Numbered from the stretch's first letter, positions 9,769-17,971 are shown. The stretch: DNA of 32,000 bases from Erysipelotrichaceae bacterium MTC7 (GCA_001695645.1 LVZN01000004.1:45870-77869), one strand, 5' to 3'. Numbers and translations are program-made. Notes: a model not told the origin generated them from the letters alone.

Positions 9769-10677
9769 ATGAGATTTGCATTCCTGATGCATACAAACCG
9801 CAGTTACGAAGAAATCATTGAGGTAGTCAATGTATATATTAAGCAAGAGGATCATGTATTTATTATCATTAGTGATGAAAAAATACGTGAGAAAATTGCA
9901 TTTGTTTACGCAGATAGTCGACGCGTTCACATCTCACGTGTCCAAGATTTCGCCCAAGAAGGTGATTTAAGTTTAGCAAGAGGGACCATCTTACAAATGA
10001 AGGATGCTTTAGCTTTTGGTTCCTTTGATTATTTCATAAATATTGGTGATGGTATGTTACCAATAAAACCACGCGAAGAGATCGTTCAGTTCTTTGAAGA
10101 AAATCCATATGACTTCTACTATGAAGACCATGATGAATCAACGGATGCGAACTTGCGCAAACGTGCACTCATGTATTATCCAATGACAAACTTGCTATCC
10201 TTTCCTACCGGCAAGTTCACTCGCAAGTTTGCTCAAGGAAACGCACGCCTTTTTAATAAACTAGGTTTGCGACGTAAAAACGAAGAGTTTTATCGTATTG
10301 GTAGTCCCTACTTTTGCTTACGTCCAAAAACAGTGGAGATTCTTGTTAAAGAATTTGCTTATGTATCAACTACATTTAAACTATCTTGGTATGCTGAAGA
10401 AATGTATATCCAAATGATGATGGATAAGTTTGTTGGAGGCGAACACGTCAATAAAGACTTGCGTGTGCTTGGTCCTGATGGACATTGGGTTGCTAGTCAA
10501 AGTGCAAAGATCATCACCCAAGAAGTTATCGATGCACATCCTGAAGCACTATTTGCAGCTAAAATCACAGAAGAAGATACACCTGAATTATTTGAAAAAT
10601 ACACCAAGTTATTCAACATCAATGCTCCTGTTATCGAAGATGATTGGGGCGACGATGAAGATGAAGACGACGATTAA
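9769..10677 (+). CDS. putative core-2/I-branching (GT14-like) beta-1,6-N-acetylglucosaminyltransferase family protein with an acidic tail
   Basis: The ORF track starts at GTG 9757, but the ATG at 9769 sits 6 nt after GTGAGG. The N-terminal pattern (FAFLMHTN...VFIIISD) and the GDLSLARGTILQMKDAL...FDYFINIGDGMLPIK block resemble the Branch domain. No TM segment. Ends in DDWGDDEDEDDD. Confidence 0.5.
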   Translation: MRFAFLMHTNRSYEEIIEVVNVYIKQEDHVFIIISDEKIREKIAFVYADSRRVHISRVQDFAQEGDLSLARGTILQMKDALAFGSFDYFINIGDGMLPIKPREEIVQFFEENPYDFYYEDHDESTDANLRKRALMYYPMTNLLSFPTGKFTRKFAQGNARLFNKLGLRRKNEEFYRIGSPYFCLRPKTVEILVKEFAYVSTTFKLSWYAEEMYIQMMMDKFVGGEHVNKDLRVLGPDGHWVASQSAKIITQEVIDAHPEALFAAKITEEDTPELFEKYTKLFNINAPVIEDDWGDDEDEDDD

Positions 10678-10685
10678 TTACTATC

Positions 10686-10712
10686 AAAAAAAGACGCAAT
10701 GCGTCTTTTTTT
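10686..10712. terminator. bidirectional rho-independent terminator
   Basis: AAAAAAAGACGC (10686-10697), loop AAT, GCGTCTTTTTTT (10701-10712). This is a 12-bp perfect stem including the A7/T7 arms. Confidence 0.8.
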
Positions 10713-10722
10713 GTTTTCGCAT

Positions 10723-10745
10723 AAAAAAAATGAGCCCACGCCCAT
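10723..10745 (-). terminator. possible terminator of the small membrane protein gene
   Basis: On the minus strand: ATGGGCgtggGCTCAT (6-bp stem with one G-U, overlapping the stop codon) followed by T8. Confidence 0.4.
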
Positions 10746-11053
10746 TAGTTTTTATGTAATGTTTCAATAAGTGCAAGAACATGTTTCTTCGAATTTCTAA
10801 AACTTAAGAAACTCATGATTGCAAAAATGCCTGAAACAATAGCAACAACAAGTGCAATCCATTTTGCCACATCACGAACTACATCAGGAACCGATAAGAA
10901 ACTATCTTCCAATCCTGAAAATCCCCAATAAGCAACGGCACACATGATCAAACAAACAACAAATGCTTTTCTTGCCCATCCGCCAATGCGTTTCGTCATT
11001 ACATTTTTATAACCAATTTCGTTTTTCAAAGCTTCTTTTTCTTTTTTGTTCAT
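10745..11053 (-). CDS. small hypothetical membrane protein (2 predicted TM helices)
   Basis: 102-aa ORF with a GAGGTG RBS. Two hydrophobic stretches (AFVVCLIMCAVAYWGF and WIALVVAIVSGIFAIMSFL). Confidence 0.5.
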   Translation of the reverse strand: MNKKEKEALKNEIGYKNVMTKRIGGWARKAFVVCLIMCAVAYWGFSGLEDSFLSVPDVVRDVAKWIALVVAIVSGIFAIMSFLSFRNSKKHVLALIETLHKN

Positions 11054-11076
11054 ATCTACACCTCGTATTAAAAATC

Positions 11077-11111
11077 AAAATCACCCCCACTTGGGAGCTA
11101 GGGGTGATTTT
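11077..11111 (-). terminator. rho-independent terminator ending the manA-PTS operon
   Basis: AAAATCACCCC (11077-11087) pairs with GGGGTGATTTT (11101-11111), with a 13-nt loop. On the minus strand a T-rich tract follows. It lies 31 nt downstream of the IID stop. Confidence 0.7.
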
Positions 11112-11141
11112 CTATTTAGTTGTAATTACTAACAGAATGTA

Positions 11142-11975
11142 TTAGTAAGATAATCCTGGGTTGAAGAATCCAATGAATACCCCAGCGAAAGCGATAACTA
11201 CCATAAGTAGCATAACTTTAATTGGTGAAACACCTTTCTTCGACATTAACCACCAGCATAATAACACAAATAACATTGTTAATACACCAGGGAAAGCACC
11301 ATCTAACGATTTTTGAAGGTTAAAGTATGGTTCTTTAGCACCTTCAGCTGTTAATGTCCAAGCCGTAGTAATACTTACCCATGACCCTGACATTGCCCCA
11401 ACGATAATTTGACCTAAGATAATTACTGATTCACGGAATGCCGTTGCTTGTTCACCAACGATCATTTCTACCGCGTTTCCTCCTAATTCATAACCTTTAT
11501 TGTAAATAAAACGCATGAACCAAGTAATTGTAATATTCCACACTACGATATAGAAGATTGGACCTAATACAGAACCACCTTCAGCAAATCCTAATGCAAG
11601 TCCTAATAATACTGGAATGTATGTACCAACGATTAGTGAATCCCCAATCCCTGCAAGTGGACCCATAAGTCCGGCACGGATACCGTTAATCATTTCATCA
11701 TCGATTTCTTCAGCTCCGTTTGCACGAGCTTCTTCAAGACCAGCTGTAATCCCTACTACGATTGCCCCAATTTGAGGTTCTGTGTTAAAGAATGGGTAGT
11801 ATGTTTGTAATTTTTCAGCTTGTTCTTCTTTACTTGAATATAATTCTTGGATAATTGGTAACATTGACCACATGTATCCAAATGTTTGCATGTGTTCGTG
11901 AGAGAACGCAGTAAGGTTCCCATAGTACCAGCGCCAGAAAGAACTATTTAATGTTTTTTTACTTAACTTTTTCAT
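11142..11975 (-). CDS. PTS mannose/fructose/sorbose family subunit IID
   Basis: Start moved to the ATG at 11975 (MKKLSKKTLNSSFWRWYY...) because AGGAGG lies 8 nt upstream and the start sits 2 nt after the IIC stop. The N-terminal WR..Y..L.A.S.E.MQ..G pattern and multiple TM helices are typical of EIID. Confidence 0.85.
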   Translation of the reverse strand: MKKLSKKTLNSSFWRWYYGNLTAFSHEHMQTFGYMWSMLPIIQELYSSKEEQAEKLQTYYPFFNTEPQIGAIVVGITAGLEEARANGAEEIDDEMINGIRAGLMGPLAGIGDSLIVGTYIPVLLGLALGFAEGGSVLGPIFYIVVWNITITWFMRFIYNKGYELGGNAVEMIVGEQATAFRESVIILGQIIVGAMSGSWVSITTAWTLTAEGAKEPYFNLQKSLDGAFPGVLTMLFVLLCWWLMSKKGVSPIKVMLLMVVIAFAGVFIGFFNPGLSY

Positions 11976-11976
11976 A

Positions 11977-12816
11977 TTAAATGTCCTCCTCGTCGTCATC
12001 ATCAATACCGCCAGCAGATACTACTTTTGGTTTGTTCATTTTGATTGTGTAGTTAACTAATGCGAAGATTCCACCAACTGCAGCTGCAGCTAATAAAGTT
12101 AATCCCATTGATTTTGCCATCGCGAATCCACCTACAAAGTAGATTAAGTCGCTTGGTTTTGTAACTACTGATTTCAATAAAATCGCCATTCCGACTGCAG
12201 GTAACAATGATCCTACAGTAAATAGTGATTTCATGTACCAAGAATCCATTGGTAATGCATCCTTGAATTCACCGATTGCATCTGCTCCATAGTATACAAG
12301 TAAAGTAACTGGAATAAATGAAATAACTAAGTGAGAAATTAATGGGAAAAATACTTCAACTTTACCGATGATTGAGAAATCACCTTTGTCTAATCTAGCC
12401 CATCCAATGTGTTGCCAAATAAGGTTCATCATTGCTGTCCCGTAGAATTGTACAGTTCCGACAGAACCTACAGCAGCACCCATAGCTCCGGCAAAGGCTT
12501 GTGCTTCAGCACCACCCATGTCCCAACCTTGAGTTTTTGCCATTGCCCACGCAAGTGGGATACCAATGTATGAAACGGCACGTAAATCCGCTGCAACTGT
12601 TCCACCAGGTGTAACAAGTGCGATATAAATAATTTGCATTGGGATAGCGATTTGGATACATCCTTGAACGTCTCCTAGAATCAACCCAACGAACAACCCA
12701 GCAATCAATGGTCTGTTTAATGTATAGTTACCAATTGATGTACCTAGGGCTGCAATTGTTGATGCTGCACATACTGACATAACTCCTAATAGTGCGGCTT
12801 GAAACCAACTAATCAT
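11977..12816 (-). CDS. PTS mannose/fructose/sorbose family subunit IIC
   Basis: 279 aa, polytopic, EII-Sor-like, positioned between IIB and IID. Unusual acidic C-terminus GGIDDDDEEDI. Confidence 0.85.
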   Translation of the reverse strand: MISWFQAALLGVMSVCAASTIAALGTSIGNYTLNRPLIAGLFVGLILGDVQGCIQIAIPMQIIYIALVTPGGTVAADLRAVSYIGIPLAWAMAKTQGWDMGGAEAQAFAGAMGAAVGSVGTVQFYGTAMMNLIWQHIGWARLDKGDFSIIGKVEVFFPLISHLVISFIPVTLLVYYGADAIGEFKDALPMDSWYMKSLFTVGSLLPAVGMAILLKSVVTKPSDLIYFVGGFAMAKSMGLTLLAAAAVGGIFALVNYTIKMNKPKVVSAGGIDDDDEEDI

Positions 12817-12864
12817 AAATTCATCTCCTTTTCTGTTTAAATAATTTAAAATAATTTATTTTCA

Positions 12865-12895
12865 CTTATTGGCAATCTCCCAAATTGCCAATAAG
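12865..12895 (-). promoter_or_regulatory. intercistronic stem-loop between PTS IIB and IIC
   Basis: Perfect 12-bp inverted repeat CTTATTGGCAAT (12865-12876) / ATTGCCAATAAG (12884-12895) with a 7-nt loop. It sits in the 103-nt IIB-IIC gap, and no clean U-tract follows on the minus strand. Confidence 0.5.
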
Positions 12896-12919
12896 ATGAA
12901 ATTGATGTTTTCGATTCGC

Positions 12920-13417
12920 TTAATCAGTGAATCCGAATTTAGATCTAAATTTAGGCCAAGATCCAATAGCCGTTTCTTTTAGTAAAGCAAAGTATACATC
13001 GTATCCCGCTTTTGTCATTTCTTCACAAGCAACTGCTTCTTCTTGTGTAATACTTTGGTTTTGTCCTAATTTCGTTGCACCTGGACGGTCATTTGCAGGT
13101 CCAATAACAACACGTTTTACATCGTTAGGAACGAATCCTTGGTGAACAAGAATTTCAGCCATATCCACTGGATTTTTTGTGATTAAGAAATATTTCTTGT
13201 CACTATCCTTTGCTTTTTGGCATTTTTGTTTCCATTCTTCCATTGTCCAGATCAATACTTTTTTATCAGTTGATGCTTTGAACGATTGTTTTAACACTGG
13301 TGTTGTTGCTGCTTTATCATTTACAGCGATAATTCCATCACATGGGTATTCTTTTGACCAACGTGTAACAATTTGACCGTGAATGATGCGGTCATCTACT
13401 CTTATAAAACTAATCAT
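12920..13417 (-). CDS. PTS mannose/sorbose family subunit IIB
   Basis: 165 aa. The N-terminal MISFIRVDDRIIHGQIVTRW carries the phosphorylatable His of the IIB-Man family. GGAGGAG RBS. Confidence 0.9.
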   Translation of the reverse strand: MISFIRVDDRIIHGQIVTRWSKEYPCDGIIAVNDKAATTPVLKQSFKASTDKKVLIWTMEEWKQKCQKAKDSDKKYFLITKNPVDMAEILVHQGFVPNDVKRVVIGPANDRPGATKLGQNQSITQEEAVACEEMTKAGYDVYFALLKETAIGSWPKFRSKFGFTD

Positions 13418-13442
13418 GTTTTTTCTCCTCCTAGATTATCTT

Positions 13443-13868
13443 TTAGATATCATCATCTTCATCGTCAGCTTTAGTTTCGAAGAAACAAAGTCCTTGTTGA
13501 CCTTCAGATAATAAACTTTCTTTAAGCATGTCACCGTCCATATTGTCTTTCATCAATACAGCAGTAACCGCAAGTGGCATATTCATCCCTGCAAATACCA
13601 TTGTGTTTGCAAGCATTCCATTTTCATCTAACACTTCAAGTGCTGTCGTAAAGGGTGACCCACTCAAGATGTCAGCTAATAAAATAATTTCATCGTCTGC
13701 ATTCATTGGATCCACTAATTTTTTAAAGTTCACTTTAAATTCAGGTGTTCCCATGTCTGCTTTTAAACTTGTACTTAATACATCGTCACGTTTTCCTGTC
13801 ATCATTTCTACAGCTGAGTGTAGACCTGGTGCAAACTCACCATGACTTACCATAATTACATATTTCAT
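13443..13868 (-). CDS. PTS mannose family subunit IIA
   Basis: Start moved from GTG 13922 to ATG 13868 (MKYVIMVSHGEFAPGL..., the EIIA-Man phospho-His context), with an AAAGGAA RBS 7 nt upstream. Acidic tail ADDEDDDI. Confidence 0.85.
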   Translation of the reverse strand: MKYVIMVSHGEFAPGLHSAVEMMTGKRDDVLSTSLKADMGTPEFKVNFKKLVDPMNADDEIILLADILSGSPFTTALEVLDENGMLANTMVFAGMNMPLAVTAVLMKDNMDGDMLKESLLSEGQQGLCFFETKADDEDDDI

Positions 13869-14031
13869 TTGTAAATTCCTTTCTACGTTTATACAATCCT
13901 GGAGTATCTTTGATTTGCTCACTTGTGTTAAAACCGCATTATTACAGCGTTTTCGCCACGCATTTACACATCACTCGAGACAATATACACATATCTATCA
14001 CATATTTTCTCATAGAAACCCCTTACAAACA

Positions 14032-14047
14032 AGTGACAAATGTCACT
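14032..14047. promoter_or_regulatory. inverted repeat AGTGACA-AA-TGTCACT at the manA stop / PTS leader
   Basis: 7-bp perfect arms separated by 2 nt, overlapping the manA TAG (14046-14048) at the start of the 177-nt manA-IIA gap (manA stop 14046 to IIA start 13868). I found no convincing sigmaA or sigma54 promoter in that gap. Confidence 0.3.
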
Positions 14048-14984
14048 AAGCAACATAACTCAATATGACGCGACAGTTTCCTTTTATTTCAAAGCACTCA
14101 CAAGCTGCTGGAATAAAGAAGCTATCGGTATACATTGCTTCTACACTGACTCCATTTGCTTCAACGATTGCGTCGTTTGCAACCACACTTAGACAAGCAA
14201 ATTTATGATGAAGCTGAATAACTTCTGTATCAACAACATCAATAAGTTCGACTATATAGTCATCATTGTTTGTTAAAATCTTACGTTTGCCTTCTTTAAT
14301 TTCATCGATGGGATTATGAATCACTTTTGATTGCAAATGAAAATCAACCACATCAAATCCTTTGTTTAAATGAAGGGGACGACCTTGTCCATGTTCATCT
14401 TTACGCCCATAATCATAAAAGCGATATGTTGTATTGGAATTGGTTCCAACTTCAATCGCTAAGATTCCTCCTCCTAGTGCATGTAGTTCACCAGCAGGTA
14501 TATGAATGAAATCACCAGCTTTGATTGGGTGGTACACCAAATACTTTTCCATATCCTCATTTGCAATTGCTTGTTTAATCAAACTTGGATCACTTACATT
14601 TGTTCCAGCTACAAGTCTAGCTCCATCTTTAGCTTCTAAAACATACCAACTTTCTGTTTTCCCAGCATCGTGATCATGTGTATTTGCGTATGCCTCATAT
14701 GGATGAACTTGAATCGATAAATCATCCTTTGCATCCAAGTACGCTGCACGTAACATCTTTTCTTCTTTTATGTCACCCAACATTTCTTTTGGATATAACT
14801 GTACAAGTTTTGCCAAACTTTCATTTGCATACGGCCCGTTCGCAATTTTTGTTGCACCATATGGATGGATACTGATCTCCCAACTGGTTCCTAGATGCGT
14901 GTCTTGTACACCACGAATTTGAGCAAGTCGGTCATTGCCCCAAATCGTTTTATCATAAATGGGTACCATTTTTAGTGGATACAT
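14046..14984 (-). CDS. manA: mannose-6-phosphate isomerase, class I (Firmicute 31x-aa type)
   Basis: Start moved to ATG 14984 (MYPLKMVPIYDKTIWGN), with AGAGG 8 nt upstream. Motifs LSIQVHP, ESWYVLEA and IPAGELHALGGGILAIEV are present. Confidence 0.85.
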   Translation of the reverse strand: MYPLKMVPIYDKTIWGNDRLAQIRGVQDTHLGTSWEISIHPYGATKIANGPYANESLAKLVQLYPKEMLGDIKEEKMLRAAYLDAKDDLSIQVHPYEAYANTHDHDAGKTESWYVLEAKDGARLVAGTNVSDPSLIKQAIANEDMEKYLVYHPIKAGDFIHIPAGELHALGGGILAIEVGTNSNTTYRFYDYGRKDEHGQGRPLHLNKGFDVVDFHLQSKVIHNPIDEIKEGKRKILTNNDDYIVELIDVVDTEVIQLHHKFACLSVVANDAIVEANGVSVEAMYTDSFFIPAACECFEIKGNCRVILSYVA

Positions 14985-15003
14985 ACTTATCACCTCTAAA
15001 GAA

Positions 15004-15033
15004 AGAATAACGTTTTTTTAGGGTAAAAGTCAA
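15004..15033 (-). promoter_or_regulatory. candidate sigmaA promoter of manA-PTS
   Basis: On the minus strand: TTGACT (15028-15033), 18 nt, TATTCT (15004-15009). It lies directly downstream of the palindrome at 15037-15048. Confidence 0.35.
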
Positions 15034-15036
15034 TAC

Positions 15037-15048
15037 ATGTTATAACAT
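15037..15048. promoter_or_regulatory. second copy of the perfect palindrome ATGTTATAACAT (candidate operator)
   Basis: Identical 12-mer to 9583-9594. It lies 53 nt upstream of the manA ATG, 3 nt upstream of the TTGACT -35, and overlaps the stop codon of the hydrolase fragment. Confidence 0.5.
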
Positions 15049-15866
15049 TGCATAATTTTTATGTAAGCGTTCCCAGTATTTTACTTGTTTTTTGATGAAT
15101 TTCCGTGTTTTTTGTGATATTTGTCTATTATGCTCATATTCATTTACGGTTTTAGCAACCAACTGTGCATATGTTGCTTGCTCTATATTTTGAGATAAAA
15201 CCTCTCCATAATGTAGTGGATGAATTGGATCTTGATCGTTTGCCAATACAAGTGTTGGCACTTGCAAGTTTGTTAACACGCCAAGACTTTCGATTGGTTG
15301 TTGTTTTGGTATATCGATAAATTTTTGCGATGTAATTCTTGCAACAGGATTTTCAAAAAATGCAAAAACGACGAAGCGACACGAGGATGCATACGCTTTA
15401 GTATGGCATAATGTTCACTTTCCTGATATCGTTGTTTACCATCAGGTAAAGCAAGATGATTCCCTAAAAAAGTAAACCAACTCTGTAATTCTACCCTCAT
15501 TGGACCGTCAAGCCAAGCCGGACGAACGAGGATAAGCCCAAGCAGGCTTTCTTCATAACGCAATGCATATGCTAAAGACACTGCAGCTCCCATCGATATT
15601 CCACCAATGAAAAAATGGTTTAACTTAAGGTATGTCACGAGCGCACGAATGTCTTCCACCATCTCTGCAAAGTTAAAATTCACATCCAAACTACTTTTCC
15701 CATGTCCTCTTTGATCGACTACAATCATTTGGATGGATGGATACTGGTGCATGGATTGTAATATTTGAGTATGATCAGCTCCTAGTCCATGCAAAAAGAT
15801 ACAAGGAGCTCCCTCTCCATGAATTTCATAGTAAAGTCTTATTTGTTCGCGTACAATATATGGCAT
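15040..15866 (-). pseudogene. alpha/beta-fold hydrolase interrupted by a frameshift
   Basis: The 197-aa ORF (15273-15866) carries the HGxGxD... N-terminus and the GGISMGA nucleophile elbow. The 79-aa ORF (15040-15279) carries the C-terminal PTLVLANDQDPIHP (Asp) and YEH (His) region in another frame. Translating that second frame upstream stays open and protein-like (FFENPVARITSQKFIDIPKQQPIESLGVLTNLQVPTLVL). The two frames meet at the A6/A5 runs at 15355-15368. Confidence 0.7.
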
Positions 15867-15891
15867 CGCATTACCTCCTTATTCAATGGAT

Positions 15892-15917
15892 AAAAAAAGA
15901 TGGTTTTTATACCATCT
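15892..15917 (-). terminator. rho-independent terminator ending the DeoR-HPS-...-HAD operon
   Basis: On the minus strand: AGATGGT, loop ATAAAA, ACCATCT, followed by T7. It lies 18 nt after the stop at 15935. Confidence 0.8.
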
Positions 15918-15934
15918 ACATTGCGCATGAAAAA

Positions 15935-16261
15935 CTAAATACTGAAGAAGTGTTTAAAAAGCGTGAACAACACAATACAAAGAAATGGGACAAGGATTAG
16001 AATTCCATACCCAAACATAACCTTGCGTTGTAACTTTTTATATGCTTTTTCATTAAAGTAATATTTATCATCATCTGTTTTAATCACGATATCATCTTGC
16101 ATGAAATTCGCAATCGTATATCCAACAACCTGACTTGTAAGTTTTACATTCTTAAAGCGTTTGATACCAATCGCACGACTTTCATCATATGCTGCATATT
16201 TATGAAACACATCCATTACAATTTTTGCTGCTGTTTTGCTTGCACTGTTTTTCTTCGCCAT
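15935..16261 (-). CDS. hypothetical tail-anchored membrane protein
   Basis: The ORF track begins at TTG 16321. The ATG at 16261 (MAKKNSASK...) has GGGGGA 5 nt upstream. Single C-terminal TM helix (FGYGILILVPFLCIVLFTLF). No family recognised. Confidence 0.45.
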   Translation of the reverse strand: MAKKNSASKTAAKIVMDVFHKYAAYDESRAIGIKRFKNVKLTSQVVGYTIANFMQDDIVIKTDDDKYYFNEKAYKKLQRKVMFGYGILILVPFLCIVLFTLFKHFFSI

Positions 16262-16359
16262 AGTTTTCCCCCAACGATCTTTTATGATTTCTATTTTTTC
16301 ATAGATTGTATGCTTTTGCAAGATGACATATGTAATGCCTACTCTTAGCGTCGTTAAGA

Positions 16360-17151
16360 CTACAACACACCTAGTTCATGTAATGCTTCTACAACACCAT
16401 CTTCTTGTACATCACATGTAATATAATCGGCGATATCTTTTACTTCTGGTTCTGCATTTCCTAAAGCTACACCTGTACCTGCAGCCTCAAGCATTTGTAA
16501 ATCATTTAGATTATCACCAAATGCAATAACTTCATGCATCCCAATACCTAAGTTATCTGCTACAACTTTTAAACCAATTGCTTTCGAATCTCCATCATAG
16601 TGAATATCAAAGTAGTTTGGTGCAAATGCATCAAATGCCAAGTATGGATATTTTGCTTTTAAGACAGGTAATACATCATCATCAATTTGTGCAACGCCAC
16701 CAAACGGAAGACTTTCAAGATGTCGGTTTTTTTCTTTACGGTTATCGTATAACACATCCAAGCGACCAATCCAGTCACCAATCATCTTCATAATTCGTTT
16801 TCCACCATTGTAGTAATATGCACCTTCTGTAAACTGAAACATGATGGCTTGATCGTATTTCACAAAATCTGCGATTAAGCTTTCAGTATCTTCTAGTGAC
16901 AGTGGTTTGTCATAAATTTTTTCAAAATGGTTGTCTGTCACATATGCTCCATTGACACAAATATAGTAGTCAAATGGAATGTATTGGTCCAAACCACCCT
17001 TGATAAAAAACGGTGGTCGTCCACTGGCAACAGCGATTTTAATCCCCTTTTTTTGGAGTAGTTTTAAAGCGTGAATGACACGCTCACTTGGACGGTCTTT
17101 CCCTTTAGGAATGATGGTTCCGTCTACATCAAATACGGCTAATTTCTTCAT
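16360..17151 (-). CDS. Cof-type HAD-IIB family sugar-phosphate phosphatase
   Basis: Motif I FDVDGTI, GRP (motif II region) and the C-terminal GDNLNDLQMLEAAG (motif IV). I prefer the ATG at 17151 over 17157 on RBS spacing. It overlaps the upstream HAD gene by 23 nt. Confidence 0.8.
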   Translation of the reverse strand: MKKLAVFDVDGTIIPKGKDRPSERVIHALKLLQKKGIKIAVASGRPPFFIKGGLDQYIPFDYYICVNGAYVTDNHFEKIYDKPLSLEDTESLIADFVKYDQAIMFQFTEGAYYYNGGKRIMKMIGDWIGRLDVLYDNRKEKNRHLESLPFGGVAQIDDDVLPVLKAKYPYLAFDAFAPNYFDIHYDGDSKAIGLKVVADNLGIGMHEVIAFGDNLNDLQMLEAAGTGVALGNAEPEVKDIADYITCDVQEDGVVEALHELGVL

Positions 17152-17971
17152 CTTCATTTCCTTTCAACACATATGCGATGGCTTGTGCAACAGAACTAAC
17201 AACTGTTCCATACGATTGTATGTATGTGGGTGCACTATCCATCACGTACGCATGCTTATACATAGTAAACATTGGGATATCGTTTTCTCCATCTCCAATG
17301 ACGGCAACTTCATCAGGTTGAATGCCATGATACGCCAATAACGTGGCAATGGCAGTCCCCTTATCAATTCCCTTAGATGTTGCTTCTACAAAGTGTTTGG
17401 ATGTTTGACTAAACTCAAACATATCACCAAACTGTTCTCTTAAAATATTGGTAATGGTACTTGGATCTTCTGCTTTTGTATAAAAAGATACTTTTACAAC
17501 ACCAGCGATTGGGTCTACTAAATAGTCTAGTAGATCTTGCTTTGCTACTGTTCCAATTTGATTCATAAAAGTTTGTCCTGTCTTCCAATACACGGCTTCG
17601 GGTACATCTTGCAAATAGTAGAAATTTGCTTCATCATCAGCCACAAACGGACAAGCTTCATCCACCAAATGCTTTTTCACATACACCATCATGCGATGAA
17701 CTTCTTTTGGATCCATCGCAATTTCTTTAAGTAAGGACGGTTCTTTATCACCAACGGTAATCGTTCCCCCATTGTTGCCAATAAAATCCATGCCAAAAGA
17801 AAAACGTGGTGCAATGCATCTAGTAAATACCCCACGATCTCTTCCAGTAACAATTCCAAAATGAATCTTATGGTTTTTGAGTTCTTCAATGGCTAATAAA
17901 TCACGGTCTGCTATTTGCATATTTGCATCAAGTAGGGTTCCATCTAAATCACTTAAAAACAACTTTATCAT
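17129..17971 (-). CDS. Cof-type HAD-IIB family sugar-phosphate phosphatase
   Basis: 280 aa. Motif I LSDLDGTLL, VTGRD, and the C-terminal GDGENDIPMF. Confidence 0.8.
   Translation of the reverse strand: MIKLFLSDLDGTLLDANMQIADRDLLAIEELKNHKIHFGIVTGRDRGVFTRCIAPRFSFGMDFIGNNGGTITVGDKEPSLLKEIAMDPKEVHRMMVYVKKHLVDEACPFVADDEANFYYLQDVPEAVYWKTGQTFMNQIGTVAKQDLLDYLVDPIAGVVKVSFYTKAEDPSTITNILREQFGDMFEFSQTSKHFVEATSKGIDKGTAIATLLAYHGIQPDEVAVIGDGENDIPMFTMYKHAYVMDSAPTYIQSYGTVVSSVAQAIAYVLKGNEDEEISRI

Noticed and set aside
13944-13958. Sigma54-like element TGGCGAAAACGCTGT (minus strand) upstream of PTS IIA, as expected for LevR-controlled mannose-family PTS operons.
   Set aside because: The conserved -12 GC is missing (CTGT instead of TTGC), and no sigma54 enhancer-binding (LevR-type) regulator is encoded in the window.
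14032-14047. Possible catabolite-responsive element (cre) reading of TGACAAATGTCA.
   Set aside because: It lacks the central CG and the TGWAANCGNTNWCA pattern, so it is kept only as an unexplained inverted repeat.
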